Below, in pieces: positions 9,315-19,582 of a DNA stretch of 56,718 nt (positions within the stretch are counted from its first letter, which is position 1; each line of letters opens with the position of its first letter). The stretch spans positions 1-56,718 of the forward strand of contig CAWIEK010000005.1 of assembly GCA_963835065.1 (NCBI GenBank), written 5' to 3'. The DNA comes from an uncultured Chthonomonadaceae bacterium. GTDB taxonomy: Bacteria > Armatimonadota > Chthonomonadetes > Chthonomonadales > Chthonomonadaceae. The position numbers and the translations under genes are program-made. Below the pieces are notes generated by a model. It did not search any database. It had not been told where the DNA came from and was given only the letters and a program-made list of their open reading frames with translations.

Positions 9315-9794
9315 ATGTCTGCCGCGAAACTCAGCCGACGGGAACGCCAGATTATGGATGTGCTTTACCGGCAGGGCAAAGCGTCGGTTGGGGAGGTGCA
9401 GGAAGCGCTGCCCGAACCGCCTGCGTATTCCACCGTCCGCGCCCTGTTGCGCATCATGGTTGACAAGGGATTGGTTGCCTATGAGGACGATGGTACCCGC
9501 TACCTGTACGCGCCCACGCAGCCCCGCCAGAACGCCGCTGTGTCCGCATTGCGGCAGGTGGTGCAAACCTTCTTCGGCGGCAGCGCGGAGCAGGCCGTCG
9601 CTACCCTCCTGTCCGAGTCGGAAGTGAATATCACCGATGAGGAATTGCAGCGCCTTGCTTTATTGATTGAGGAAGCGCAGCACAGGGAAGCCAGGCCTGC
9701 TTCTCAGGAAAACAAACCCGATTCGCATGAAGCCAAATCTGTTTCCGGCGAAGCCAATTTAACTTCTAAGCGGCGGGGTACTGAAAGTTCGTAG
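9315..9794 (+). CDS. BlaI/MecI/CopY family repressor
   Basis: LSRRERQIMDVL, AYSTVRALL, FFGGS. Confidence 0.92.
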   Translation: MSAAKLSRRERQIMDVLYRQGKASVGEVQEALPEPPAYSTVRALLRIMVDKGLVAYEDDGTRYLYAPTQPRQNAAVSALRQVVQTFFGGSAEQAVATLLSESEVNITDEELQRLALLIEEAQHREARPASQENKPDSHEAKSVSGEANLTSKRRGTESS

Positions 9795-9904
9795 TTCCTG
9801 CCTTGCTATCAACTACGAACTATCAACTATCAACTGCTTAACACTCCCCCTCATTTGACGACACTGCCTGCTGCCGCCAATGCGGAAGAAGGGAAAACAG
9901 CGCT

Positions 9905-11844
9905 ATGAACGTTATTGCCAACCTGAGTCTTTTGCATACCTTGCTGCTGAACGCGCTTGTCAGAACCACACTGCTGTTGCTGCTTGCGTGGATTGCTTCG
10001 CGCTGCTTCCCCCGCATCGGCGCGGCGCGACAGCATTTTCTCTGGCTGTTCGCGCTTGTCGGCGTTGTTTACGTCACCGGCGTTTCGCTGCTCGTATCAG
10101 CCGGAAGCGCGTTCCGCGTGACTTCGGTTCCCACCCTTCCGCTGCGGGTGTGGCATGCCCCCGATGTAAAGCGCGTCCCCTTTACGCCGACGATGAGCCG
10201 GGAGGTTGCGGTCACGGCTTCCTCCGCCACCCTTCCGGCCACGCTTCCCACAACCGCCATCGTTCAGCGCGGCATTGGATTCAACGACAACAGCAAGGGT
10301 ATGTTGTGGATAGCGGTGTTGTGGCTGCTCGGATCGCTGGCAATGCTGGTCCGCATGGCGCGTTCCCGGCGCGCGGTGCAGAAGTTGAAGCGGGACAGTC
10401 GCCCGCTGGAAAACACGGCCATTCAAGCGATGCTGGCACAGGTGGCGGCGCGTTTGGGCGTGACCCGCCTGCCCATCCTATTGACGCTGCAATCCGAAAA
10501 AGGCGCGTTTTCTCCGCTGACATGGGGTTGGCGATCCACATTCCTGCTGTTTCCCGCCGATGTGGAAACATGGGCAAACGAGCGCATTGAGGCTGTACTG
10601 CTGCACGAACTGGCGCACATTCAGCGCCGGGACTGGCTAACGCAGCGTATAACCGACGCCGTTTGCGCCCTCTACTGGTTCCATCCGCTTGTCTGGATGG
10701 CGGCGAAGAACCTGCGCGCCTGCGCCGAACGCGCCTGTGACGACATGGCGCTGACCAACGGCATAGCCCCTGATGCGTATGCGCGTCAACTGCTCGACCT
10801 TGCCCAAACCCTGCGTTCCCACTCGCTTGCGCCTCAAACAACCCTGCCGTTCCTGCGCGGTTCACAACTGGAAACACGCCTGCGGGCTATTCTCGACGGC
10901 ACGATTTCACGCCGCGCGTTTTCACGGGCAGGCCGACGCGCTCTGTTAGGGATGGGCGCGCTGTGCCTGATGCCCCTCGCGCTCGCCCTACCCGTAACCA
11001 CGCAAACCGTCAACTTTGTATCCGCCGAAGCAGCTCCGGCGGCAAACGGCAAAGTTACTCTGCCCGGCGGCGTGACGGTAGAACTGTTGGGTATCACAAA
11101 TTTGATAGGAGTACAAAATCCAAACCGCAGGTTTGGTGGAAGCCAGACGGTACGCCACTTGCGGCTCCACTCTACACGCCAACCGTTGCAGAAAAGGTTT
11201 TCAAGCGCGGTAAGTCAAGCCTTTTGGGTCCCATACTCACCTTCAGTTTGAAGGTATCCGGCATAACCGACACTCAGCCAAGTTTGACACAAGCTTTCAT
11301 AACTGATTCACTGATGACCGGGGGCACAATCAACAAATTCGTTCCGCATGATGCGTCTTACATTCTCTACGAAGTTCAAGTGGATTTCACAAAACTTCCC
11401 TCCACTACATCGCTTCGATTGAAAATTGCTCAGAAACCCTGGCAAACGATAGCGACAGCGGCAACACTGCCTGCGACAGTTCACGCGACAGATGGAATTT
11501 CCTTCCACTTTGGCAAACCGGATAAGATAGAAGCCGGTATCGTCAAAATTAACGGCTACAAGAAATTCTCAGAAGCAGCCGTCATTGTCAGGGCCACAAA
11601 CAACCAGCCTGTCAGCGACGCAGCGCGTCGTGTCGCAATTATTGACAATCAGGACAAAACCATTCCGCTCGACAGTTCCATGCAGCTTTCTTACACCCGC
11701 GAACAGAAAGGACAGGAAGAACTGCACATACTTCTCGCCGTGCCGGAAACCCTGCGCGGGCACATTCGCCAATATCAGTTACAAACGCGCCCCTACCAGT
11801 ACGCGGACTTTCCGAACATTCACCTGAAGCCAATCAAGCCGTAG
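9905..11844 (+). CDS. M56 (BlaR1-like) metallopeptidase sensor; apparent frameshift near 11122
   Basis: TM segments, HELAH, WFHPLVW, ERACDD; one missing A joins the C-terminal domain. Confidence 0.85.
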
Positions 11845-11868
11845 ACTGCTCATGTTAAAAGTCGTATC

Positions 11869-11931
11869 TGCGTCCTCAGGACGCTTGTACTTTCCTGCCG
11901 GGTACTTTCAGTAACCGGCAGATAGGGATAG
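11869..11931. repeat. Two-hairpin REP-like repeat
   Basis: GCGTCC..GGACGC plus CCGGGTACTTTCAGTAACCGG; inverted near-copy at 31232..31294. Confidence 0.75.
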
Positions 11932-12000
11932 GCCCGAAGCAAGCGCCCCGCCCCGTTCTCTACACAACGCCAGCAGCAACCATCCAGCAAAAAAAGCTAG

Positions 12001-12296
12001 AAAAAAGAGCAAAATAACGCGAAACAAACGAACCCTTTGCCCCACACAGCCGTCTAAAGACTAGTACAAACGTCTACTATACAGACACGAAGGCTGAACG
12101 TTCGTAGTTCCTATCAACTATCAACTAGAACCCTAAAACCCTAACCCAGAAGGGAGGTGCAAAGTCCTATGTTTCACCCCTCCCGCTCGCCCTGACGCTT
12201 CCGAGGTCACGATGCCTCTCTTCTACAACCAGACACAACGAGACAGCGGGCTGGAAGCGCTGCATTGCCAAGATTTCGACGCTGCCTCTACATACC
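12001..12296 (+). other. Dispersed promoter + micro-ORF + conserved RNA cassette, copy 1
   Basis: Aligns with 44468..44695 (-); GAACC-17-GTCTAA, GGAGG, MFHPSRSP* at 12169..12195. Confidence 0.8.
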
Positions 12297-12528
12297 CTTT
12301 TTTCTGCCTACCCGTTTCCCAACGCTTCCGGCACTGCTGTTTCCCGGCATACTCCAGGACTTCATGTTGGCAAAAGGCGGGTTTCCCGTTGGTTCGGAAA
12401 ATTATACATTTACGAACCCTAAACTGGGCATTGCCATTTATCAGGAGGAAATTGGAGACGTTGGCGCGAATTTTTGGGACTGTGTCCGGTTACGAATTTG
12501 AGTGAAGTGGAGTGGGTGAAGAAACGCC

Positions 12529-13272
12529 ATGAAGATACAGGCAGATCGGGCGGAATACAAAGAGGTTGCGGCGCTGCGAGAACTCTTTCGGCAGGAAGCC
12601 AATTGCCAGTTCATCCACGATTCGGCGTTGGCGCGGAGTATCGCCGATGCCTACCTTCTTGTCGTGGACGGGCGGATTGGAGGATACGGGGCAGTCTGGA
12701 ACAAGTACGAAAAGGACCGGCTGACGGAGTTTTATGCCCTGCCGCACTTGCGCGGCCATGCGCTGCCGATGTTTCGGGAACTCCTCGCGGTCAGCGGGGC
12801 AACGCATATCGAAGCCCAGACCAACATTCCCTGGATGCTGACTCTCCTATACGACTGCGCCGACGACATCAAAGCAGAAAGCATCCTCTTTCACGATGCG
12901 TTTACAACACATCTGGCCTGTCCCAACGGAACATTTCGACGCGCCACGCCGCTCGACACAGCCGAGGTTTTCACACACCATTCGGAACCTGTTGGCGAGT
13001 GGCTGATGGAAGTTGAGGGCGCGGTTGTGGCGACGGCAGGGTTTCTTTGCCACTACAATCCACCCTACGGCGACATCTTTATGGAAGTTGCGGAACCCGC
13101 GCGGCGGCAGGGAGTGGGCAGCTATCTGGTTCAGGAAGTGAAGCGCGTTTGTTACGAGGCGGGCAAGAAACCTGCGGCCCGGTGCAATCCCGACAATAGC
13201 GCTTCGCGCCGGACATTGCAAAAAGCGGGACTGCTCCCGTGCGGGCGGCTTTTGGCGGGCAAAGCAAAGTAG
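12529..13272 (+). CDS. GNAT family N-acetyltransferase
   Basis: C-terminal RRQGVG acetyl-CoA motif and N..S.R.LQKAG. Confidence 0.85.
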   Translation: MKIQADRAEYKEVAALRELFRQEANCQFIHDSALARSIADAYLLVVDGRIGGYGAVWNKYEKDRLTEFYALPHLRGHALPMFRELLAVSGATHIEAQTNIPWMLTLLYDCADDIKAESILFHDAFTTHLACPNGTFRRATPLDTAEVFTHHSEPVGEWLMEVEGAVVATAGFLCHYNPPYGDIFMEVAEPARRQGVGSYLVQEVKRVCYEAGKKPAARCNPDNSASRRTLQKAGLLPCGRLLAGKAK

Positions 13273-13312
13273 ATAAACCCCAACAACATGTGAACTCGAA
13301 AGGAATTGAATT

Positions 13313-14194
13313 ATGACTATCGCAATCACTGCGCCTACGGGCAACATCGGCAGCCATCTGGTAAAGCATTTGCTGGAGGCCAACGCTGACCTGACGCTGC
13401 TCGTCCGCAACCCGGACAAACTCGCGCCCGACGTTCGCAGCCGCGTCAACGCGCAGCAGGGCGAATTGCAGGACGCCGCTTTTGTCCAAAAGGCGACACA
13501 GGGCGCGGAAGCGTTGTTCTTTCTCGTGCCGCCCAATTTCGCCGCGCCCGATGTGCGGGCGTATTACCAGAGTTTGAGTGATGCGGCCGTTCAAGCGATT
13601 CAGGCCAACAACATTGCCCATGTCGTGTTCATTTCCAGCGTTGGGGGCGACAGTACCAACGCCGGCCTGGTCACGGAAACGTTCCGAATAGAAGACGCGC
13701 TCAACGCTACGGACGCCAACGTCCTGAGTCTGCGCTGCGGCTTCTTCATGGAAAACTTTCTCAACTATCTGCCCACCCTGCGCGAACAGGGGGCGTTTTA
13801 CAGTCTGAACCGCCCGGACTTGCCCATGCCTATGGTCGCTACCCACGACATTGCCCACGTCGCCGCCCACAAACTGCTGGACAGGTCATGGCAAGGCAAA
13901 TCCACGCTGGCGGTGCAGGGCGCGGCAGACATTACTCCCGATCAGGCCGCGCAGATTATCACCGAAGCGACGGGCAAACCCATTCGTTACGTGCAGGTTC
14001 CCCCGGAGCAGGTACGGCAAACGTTCCTGCAAATGGGAGCCTCACCCGATTTTGCCGCCCATTACGTGCAGATGCTTACGGCGTTTGATTCAGGCATTTA
14101 TGCGGCTGAACCGCGCACACCGGAAACTACGACGCCGACAACCCTGCTGCAATGGGCAACGGAAACGCTCAAGCCCCTCTTGAACCCGGCCTGA
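13313..14194 (+). CDS. NmrA-family NAD(P)H-binding protein
   Basis: TAPTGNIG Rossmann start, GFFMEN, VATHDIA. Confidence 0.88.
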   Translation: MTIAITAPTGNIGSHLVKHLLEANADLTLLVRNPDKLAPDVRSRVNAQQGELQDAAFVQKATQGAEALFFLVPPNFAAPDVRAYYQSLSDAAVQAIQANNIAHVVFISSVGGDSTNAGLVTETFRIEDALNATDANVLSLRCGFFMENFLNYLPTLREQGAFYSLNRPDLPMPMVATHDIAHVAAHKLLDRSWQGKSTLAVQGAADITPDQAAQIITEATGKPIRYVQVPPEQVRQTFLQMGASPDFAAHYVQMLTAFDSGIYAAEPRTPETTTPTTLLQWATETLKPLLNPA

Positions 14195-14338
14195 ATTTGT
14201 CCCTTGCCGCCGTCCTTTGTTCCCGAATTTCCCGACAGGCAGCAAAGCAGGTTATCTATCCATTGGAAATGCGCGCTTATCAAACCCGGCTTTGCTGCGA
14301 TAGAGAAGAGAAACAAGACAACGGAAAGGAGGCCGAAG

Positions 14339-14900
14339 ATGAGTACTCCCGCATAATCCGACCCGGTTGGGCGAGCAATGGAACCCGGAGCGGCTTGCCA
14401 TCATGCAGGCGGAAATAGAAGCCATGAAGGCATACGTCACGCTTTCGGGCGGGTGGGCGTGGCACTACATGACCCCGGCAGGCCACGTCGAATACAAACA
14501 CGCCCATGACCACAAGGACGCGGATTTGTTCGTCACGCCGCCGCGCTTTCCTGAACTCGTCGCCCTGCTGAAACAGCGCGGGTATGAGCGGACATGGACG
14601 CGCTTCGACAATCGGGAGGGCGCGGACACGTTCTATCGCTACACCAAAACCGTTGAAGCAGCAGACACGGCGGACAGCGCGCCCGTAAAAGTGATGCTGG
14701 ACGTGTTCGTAGAAATCGTTCCAAGCGTCGAGGCGGGCAGTATGCGCGTGGTGGAACCAGCCTACCTGCTGTCACTCTACGGGCACAAACACACGAGCGA
14801 CCTGTGTTTTGCCGTCCGCATTGCCCGCAGCCTGCTTGCCGAAGGCAAAAACCCGGTTGGTCATCCGGCAATGGCAGACTACCGCGCTTTTCTGAAATAA
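14339..14900 (+). CDS. Putative nucleotidyltransferase-fold protein; apparent frameshift near 14349
   Basis: SD AAGGAGG then ATG at 14339; LSGGWA...HKDADL (GG..DxD). Confidence 0.55.
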
Positions 14901-14997
14901 TCCGGCTTGCCCTAAACCTGGTTACGCAGACTGGCACACTTGGGCGGCTGTTACCGGGTACTTTCAACGCTTGCTGTGAACTAGCGCCCGTGTGGTT

Positions 14998-15116
14998 GTC
15001 AGGGGTTGAAAACCCCTGGCTGGACAAAGCAAACGTCTTGCAGACGCGCTCCTGCTTTCGGGAAGTTGCGTCTGCAAGACGCTTGCCCTTTTCTGCCGGG
15101 TGTTTTCAACACTCGC
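14998..15116. repeat. Inverted doublet of two-hairpin REP-like repeats
   Basis: CGTCTTGCAGACGC / GCGTCTGCAAGACG plus GGGGTTGAAAACCCC-type hairpins. Confidence 0.7.
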
Positions 15117-15161
15117 AACGCTCTTGTCGGTACCCGGCTTCCCATTTCACAGCAAGCGTCT

Positions 15162-16904
15162 TCAGTACCCGATAGTGGCGGCGTCACGGGAACGCGGATC
15201 GGAAGCGCCCATAAGTTTGTGGGTCACAGGGTCAATCAAGATGCCTTCCGCGTCGCCCCAATGCTCGTTCGGCTGACCGGCGTGTTTTGCGAATATGTGC
15301 CCCATTTGTTCCAAAGCGCGCCGGGTTTCGGGCGCTAGGGCGTTGGTTTCGGCGCGGATTTGGTCCGGCAGCCATTGATGGTGCAGGCGCGGGGCGGCGA
15401 TAGCCTGCGCAATGTTCATTTTGTGATCTGTTACGTTGAGAATCACCTGCAACACCGTGTTGATAATTGTCGGTCCGCCCGGACTGCCGATAACCAGAAA
15501 CGGCTTGCCGTCCTTAACCAGAATGGTGGGCGTCATGGAGGAAAGCGGGCGCTTGTGGGGGGCAATCGCGTTCGCTTCGCCCTGTATCAAGCCGAAGCCG
15601 TTGGGAACACCCGGCTTGCTCGTGAAATCGTCCATCTCGTCGTTAAGCAGAAAGCCCGCGCCTTCTACGGTGACGCCGCTGCCATAAGCCATGTTGAGCG
15701 TATACGTGTTGGACACAGCGTTACCCTGGGCGTCCACAACCGAAAAATGCGTGGTTTGCGGCGGCTCGTATCCCGATGGCTGGCCGTGCCTGATTTGCGC
15801 GCTTGGCGTGGCGTGTTGGGGGTCAATGCTGCGGGCAACTTGCGCGGCGTACTTTGGAGAGATTAATCCCTGCACCGGGACGCGGACAAAATCGGGATCG
15901 CCCAAAAATTCCGACCTGTCCGCAAAGGCGCGGCGCATCGCCTCGACTAGCAGGTGATTGGTCAGGGGCGCGTCATGCCCCATGCCTGCCAGATCGTATG
16001 CGCTCAGGATGTTGAGCATTTCCAACAGGGCAATGCCACCCGAACTTGGCGGCGGCATGGTCAGGATGTCAAAGCCCCGGTACGCGCCGCGCAAAGGTTC
16101 GCGCTCAACCGCTTTGTAGCCTTTCAGGTCGTCACGGGTAATCAGCCCGCCATGCGCCTGCATTGCGCTTGCGATCAATTCGGCGGTGCGGCCTGTATAA
16201 AATTCTTGCCCGCCCTGTTCCTGCAAACGCGCCAATGTCGCCCCAAGTTCCGGCTGCTTGAACATCTCGCCCGCTTTGTAGAACGCGCCGTCGCGCAGGA
16301 AAATCCGTCGGCTTTCGGGAAACTGCGCCAGTGATTTTTCCGCCCGCAGGCTCGCTTCCATTGCGGGGCTGACTGCAAAACCATTCGCCGCCAGGCTGCG
16401 CGCTGGCTCAATCACGTCACGCCATTTCAATTTGCCGTACTTTCGCTGCGCCAATTCCAGCCCTGCTACCGTTCCCGGTACGCCCGACGCCCGGTAGCCG
16501 ATCAGCGAAGCATTGGGAATTACATTGCCCGCGCTGTCCTGGTACATGGTTTTCACCGCAGCCGCCGGAGCCGTTTCGCGGTAATCAATGGCAACGGCGC
16601 GGCCATCCGCCATGCGTATCAGCATGAAGCCGCCCCCGCCCAGATTTCCTGCGACCGGGTAGGTGACGGCAAGGGCAAACGCAGTCGCGCAGGCCGCATC
16701 CACCGCGTTGCCGCCCTGCTTGAGTATGTCCACGCCCGCCTGCGATGCCAGCCCGCTTGCCGACGCCACCATGCCATGCGCCGCCTGTACCGGCTGCCCC
16801 GATTGCCTTTGCGCCAATGCAGGAAGGCCGGTAAACTCTGTCCATAAAGCAAACGTTAAAAGCGCCGTAAGGCGCGGGAATTGTCGTTTGAGGTTCATAT
16901 ACAT
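15162..16904 (-). CDS. ggt: Gamma-glutamyltransferase
   Basis: Signal peptide, GGNAVDAA, TTHFSVVD nucleophile, PLSSMTP, GSPGG. Confidence 0.95.
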   Translation of the reverse strand: MYMNLKRQFPRLTALLTFALWTEFTGLPALAQRQSGQPVQAAHGMVASASGLASQAGVDILKQGGNAVDAACATAFALAVTYPVAGNLGGGGFMLIRMADGRAVAIDYRETAPAAAVKTMYQDSAGNVIPNASLIGYRASGVPGTVAGLELAQRKYGKLKWRDVIEPARSLAANGFAVSPAMEASLRAEKSLAQFPESRRIFLRDGAFYKAGEMFKQPELGATLARLQEQGGQEFYTGRTAELIASAMQAHGGLITRDDLKGYKAVEREPLRGAYRGFDILTMPPPSSGGIALLEMLNILSAYDLAGMGHDAPLTNHLLVEAMRRAFADRSEFLGDPDFVRVPVQGLISPKYAAQVARSIDPQHATPSAQIRHGQPSGYEPPQTTHFSVVDAQGNAVSNTYTLNMAYGSGVTVEGAGFLLNDEMDDFTSKPGVPNGFGLIQGEANAIAPHKRPLSSMTPTILVKDGKPFLVIGSPGGPTIINTVLQVILNVTDHKMNIAQAIAAPRLHHQWLPDQIRAETNALAPETRRALEQMGHIFAKHAGQPNEHWGDAEGILIDPVTHKLMGASDPRSRDAATIGY

Positions 16905-16916
16905 CTTTCTTGCGTT

Positions 16917-17017
16917 TTGTCTGAACCATGATTTATGTGATTATTGTGATTACCATGATTGAATAGGCGCGTACCTCATGGTAATCATCAAAATTCTATA
17001 AATCATGGTTCAGACAA
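16917..17017. repeat. ~100-bp palindromic element TTGTCTGAACCATGATT...AATCATGGTTCAGACAA
   Basis: Terminal inverted repeats; second copy at 30334..30435. Confidence 0.9.
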
Positions 17018-17120
17018 TCTTCAGCCGTCGTTTGAATAATGAGAAGAATAATACCCGCAATTTGATTGTGATGTCCGAAAATGGCGAGACAGAATGTGCG
17101 CCGTCCTGTATACTGTCGGC

Positions 17121-18731
17121 ATGGAACCCAATCGAACACTGTCCCGAAGATTAGACAGCGCGGCGTGTTATCAAGCGCTGCTTACGCACGATGCGCGTTT
17201 TGACGGCGTTTTCTTTGTCGGCGTGGCGACTACGGGCATTTACTGCCGTACCATTTGTCCCGCGCGAACGCCGAAACAGGAAAACTGCGCCTTTTACCCG
17301 AGCGCGGCGGCTGCGGAAAAGGCGGGATTTCGGCCCTGTCTGCGCTGCCGCCCCGAACGCGCGCCGGGAAATGCGGGCGTGGACGCTACAAGCCGCCTTG
17401 CCACCGCTATTGCCGGACGCATCGAAGACGGCGCATTGACCGAGGGGGGTGTGGAAACGCTGGCTTCGGAAATCGGCATCAGTTCTCGGCACTTGCGGCG
17501 CGTAATCGAAAGCGAATTTGGCGTATCTCCCATTATGCTGGCGCAAACGCAGCGTCTTCTGCTCGCCAAACGCCTGCTGACCGAAACCGGCCTGCCGATT
17601 GTAGACGTGGCGCTTGCCAGTGGCTTTTCCAGCCTCCGCCGCTTCAACGCTTTATTCAAAGAACGCTACCGCCTGAATCCCACTGAACTGCGCCGGGAAG
17701 AGAAAGAAGAAAAGGAGAAAAGGAGAAAAGGAGAAAAGGAGATGGAGGAGGAAAAAAGTGACGCGGCGCAATCGTCAATCGTTAATCGTCAATCGCCAAT
17801 TTCGTTGACGTGCGAATTGGCGTATCGCCCGCCGCTGGATTGGGAGGCGCTGCTGGCGTTTCTGGTCGGGCGGTCTTCGAGCGGCGTGGAAGCGGTTGAG
17901 GAGGGGCGTTATCTGCGCGCGGTAGGGATGGGCAAGCATCGGGGCTGGATCGCGGTTTCGCCTGTGCTGGAAAAACCTGCCCTGCGCGTGGAACTGTCGG
18001 CGTCACTGGCCCCGGTTCTCCTGCCTACTTTGGCGCGAGTCAAGAAGTTGTTCGATCTGGAAGCCGCGCCACAATTGATTGGCGACCATCTCGGCCCGAT
18101 TGCCCAAGCGAGGCCCGGACTGCGCGTTCCGGGCGCGTTCGATGGCTTTGAAATGGCAGCCCGCGCGATTTTGGGACAGCAGATCAGCGTTCGCGCGGCC
18201 ACCACGCTTTCGGGGCGATTTGCGGGCGCGTTTGGCGAGAAAGTGGAAACGCCGTTTGCCCGCCTGACTCACCTACCGCCGACTGCGGAGCGCGTTGCCC
18301 AAGCGGAAGCCTCGGAGTTGATTGCGCTTGGCATCATCACAACTCGCGCCAACTCCATTCTCACCCTTGCCCGCGCCGTCAATGAAGGCAGCATCAGCCT
18401 CCTTCCGGGGGCGGACGTGGAACAGACTATAACGCTGCTCAAAGCAGTTCCCGGCATCGGCGAATGGACGGCGCAGATGATTGCCATGCGCGCCCTTGCC
18501 TGGCCGGACGCTTTTCCGCATACGGATTTGGGCATTTACAAGGCGTTGGGCGAAACGAACCCGAAAAAGGTGCTGGCGCAAGCTGAAGCGTGGCGACCCT
18601 GGCGCGCATACGCCACCATGCACCTGTGGAAATCCCTGGAAAGCCCGCAAACACCCACGAACCGTTCGGAACCCGTAGCGAACAATTCCGCGACAACCAA
18701 TCCCGCGAAAACATTGGAGGCACAGCCATGA
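17121..18731 (+). CDS. alkA: Ada-AlkA fusion (Ada Zn domain, AraC HTH, 3-methyladenine glycosylase II)
   Basis: TTGIYCRTICP, FRPCLRCRP, AraC HTH, GIGEWTA HhH, WRPWRAYA. Confidence 0.92.
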   Translation: MEPNRTLSRRLDSAACYQALLTHDARFDGVFFVGVATTGIYCRTICPARTPKQENCAFYPSAAAAEKAGFRPCLRCRPERAPGNAGVDATSRLATAIAGRIEDGALTEGGVETLASEIGISSRHLRRVIESEFGVSPIMLAQTQRLLLAKRLLTETGLPIVDVALASGFSSLRRFNALFKERYRLNPTELRREEKEEKEKRRKGEKEMEEEKSDAAQSSIVNRQSPISLTCELAYRPPLDWEALLAFLVGRSSSGVEAVEEGRYLRAVGMGKHRGWIAVSPVLEKPALRVELSASLAPVLLPTLARVKKLFDLEAAPQLIGDHLGPIAQARPGLRVPGAFDGFEMAARAILGQQISVRAATTLSGRFAGAFGEKVETPFARLTHLPPTAERVAQAEASELIALGIITTRANSILTLARAVNEGSISLLPGADVEQTITLLKAVPGIGEWTAQMIAMRALAWPDAFPHTDLGIYKALGETNPKKVLAQAEAWRPWRAYATMHLWKSLESPQTPTNRSEPVANNSATTNPAKTLEAQP

Positions 18732-19309
18732 CGACGCGCGCCACAATTTACTACACCATTTGGGAAAGTCCGCTGCAGCTGATTATAATGACTTCCGATG
18801 GCGAAGCGCTGACCGGCTTGTATCTGTCCGAACAAGCGCAGGCGGAAATCAAGCGGCAGGCGGAAAACACTTCGCAAGCTGCTGCGCAAAATGCTGTACA
18901 ACCCTCTTCACCCAACTCTACGCAATGGATACGCAGCGACGAAGCCGCGCCGTTCGCCGACGTGAAACGCCAATTGACCGCGTACTTTGCAGGCCGGCAA
19001 ACCACCTTCGACGTGCCTTTGAAGCCGCAAGGAACGCCGTTTCAGCAACAGGTATGGGAGGAACTGCGCCGGATACCCTTCGGCGCGACAATCTCCTATG
19101 GCGAACTGGCGCGGCGTATCGGCAATCCAAACGCTTCGCGGGCTGTCGGCCTTGCGAATGGGCGCAACCCCGTTTCCATTCTCGTACCCTGCCACCGCGT
19201 TATAGGGACCAACGGCAAACTGACAGGCTACAGCGGCGGCCTGTCCCGCAAAGAAACCCTGCTCGCGTTGGAACGCAAAATTCTGGAAAATCTTTCCGCC
19301 CTAAAGTGA
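18728..19309 (+). CDS. ogt: Methylated-DNA-protein-cysteine methyltransferase
   Basis: GTPFQ, RAVG, PCHRV; ATGA overlap with alkA. Confidence 0.93.
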   Translation: MTTRATIYYTIWESPLQLIIMTSDGEALTGLYLSEQAQAEIKRQAENTSQAAAQNAVQPSSPNSTQWIRSDEAAPFADVKRQLTAYFAGRQTTFDVPLKPQGTPFQQQVWEELRRIPFGATISYGELARRIGNPNASRAVGLANGRNPVSILVPCHRVIGTNGKLTGYSGGLSRKETLLALERKILENLSALK

Positions 19310-19447
19310 AAAGCAGGAGGAGATTGCCCGGCTCACGGCGAATGTTCCCGTCCGGTAGAACCGTATCGGTTGTAAGTCTCTCAATTATAAGTCTCGCAGG
19401 CACAGGACAAATAGCGCGTCCTGTGCCTTGTTGCGCGTGGGAAGGGC

Positions 19448-19566
19448 AAGGATGAAGGATGAAGGATGAAGGATGAAAACGGATTGTCAATCGCTATTTC
19501 CTTCAAGAAGGCAGTGTCCTATATGCCATACTCCATGACTATCTTCATCCTTCATCCTTCATCCTT
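19448..19566. repeat. Heptamer (AAGGATG/CATCCTT) palindromic element
   Basis: 4 units, spacer, 3 inverted units. Confidence 0.9.
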
Positions 19567-19582
19567 GCCTTCAGGAGCCTTC

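Noticed and set aside
9789..9820. TnpB guide matching AACTACGA here and at 12102
   Set aside because: Only 8 nt match and no plausible TAM is adjacent
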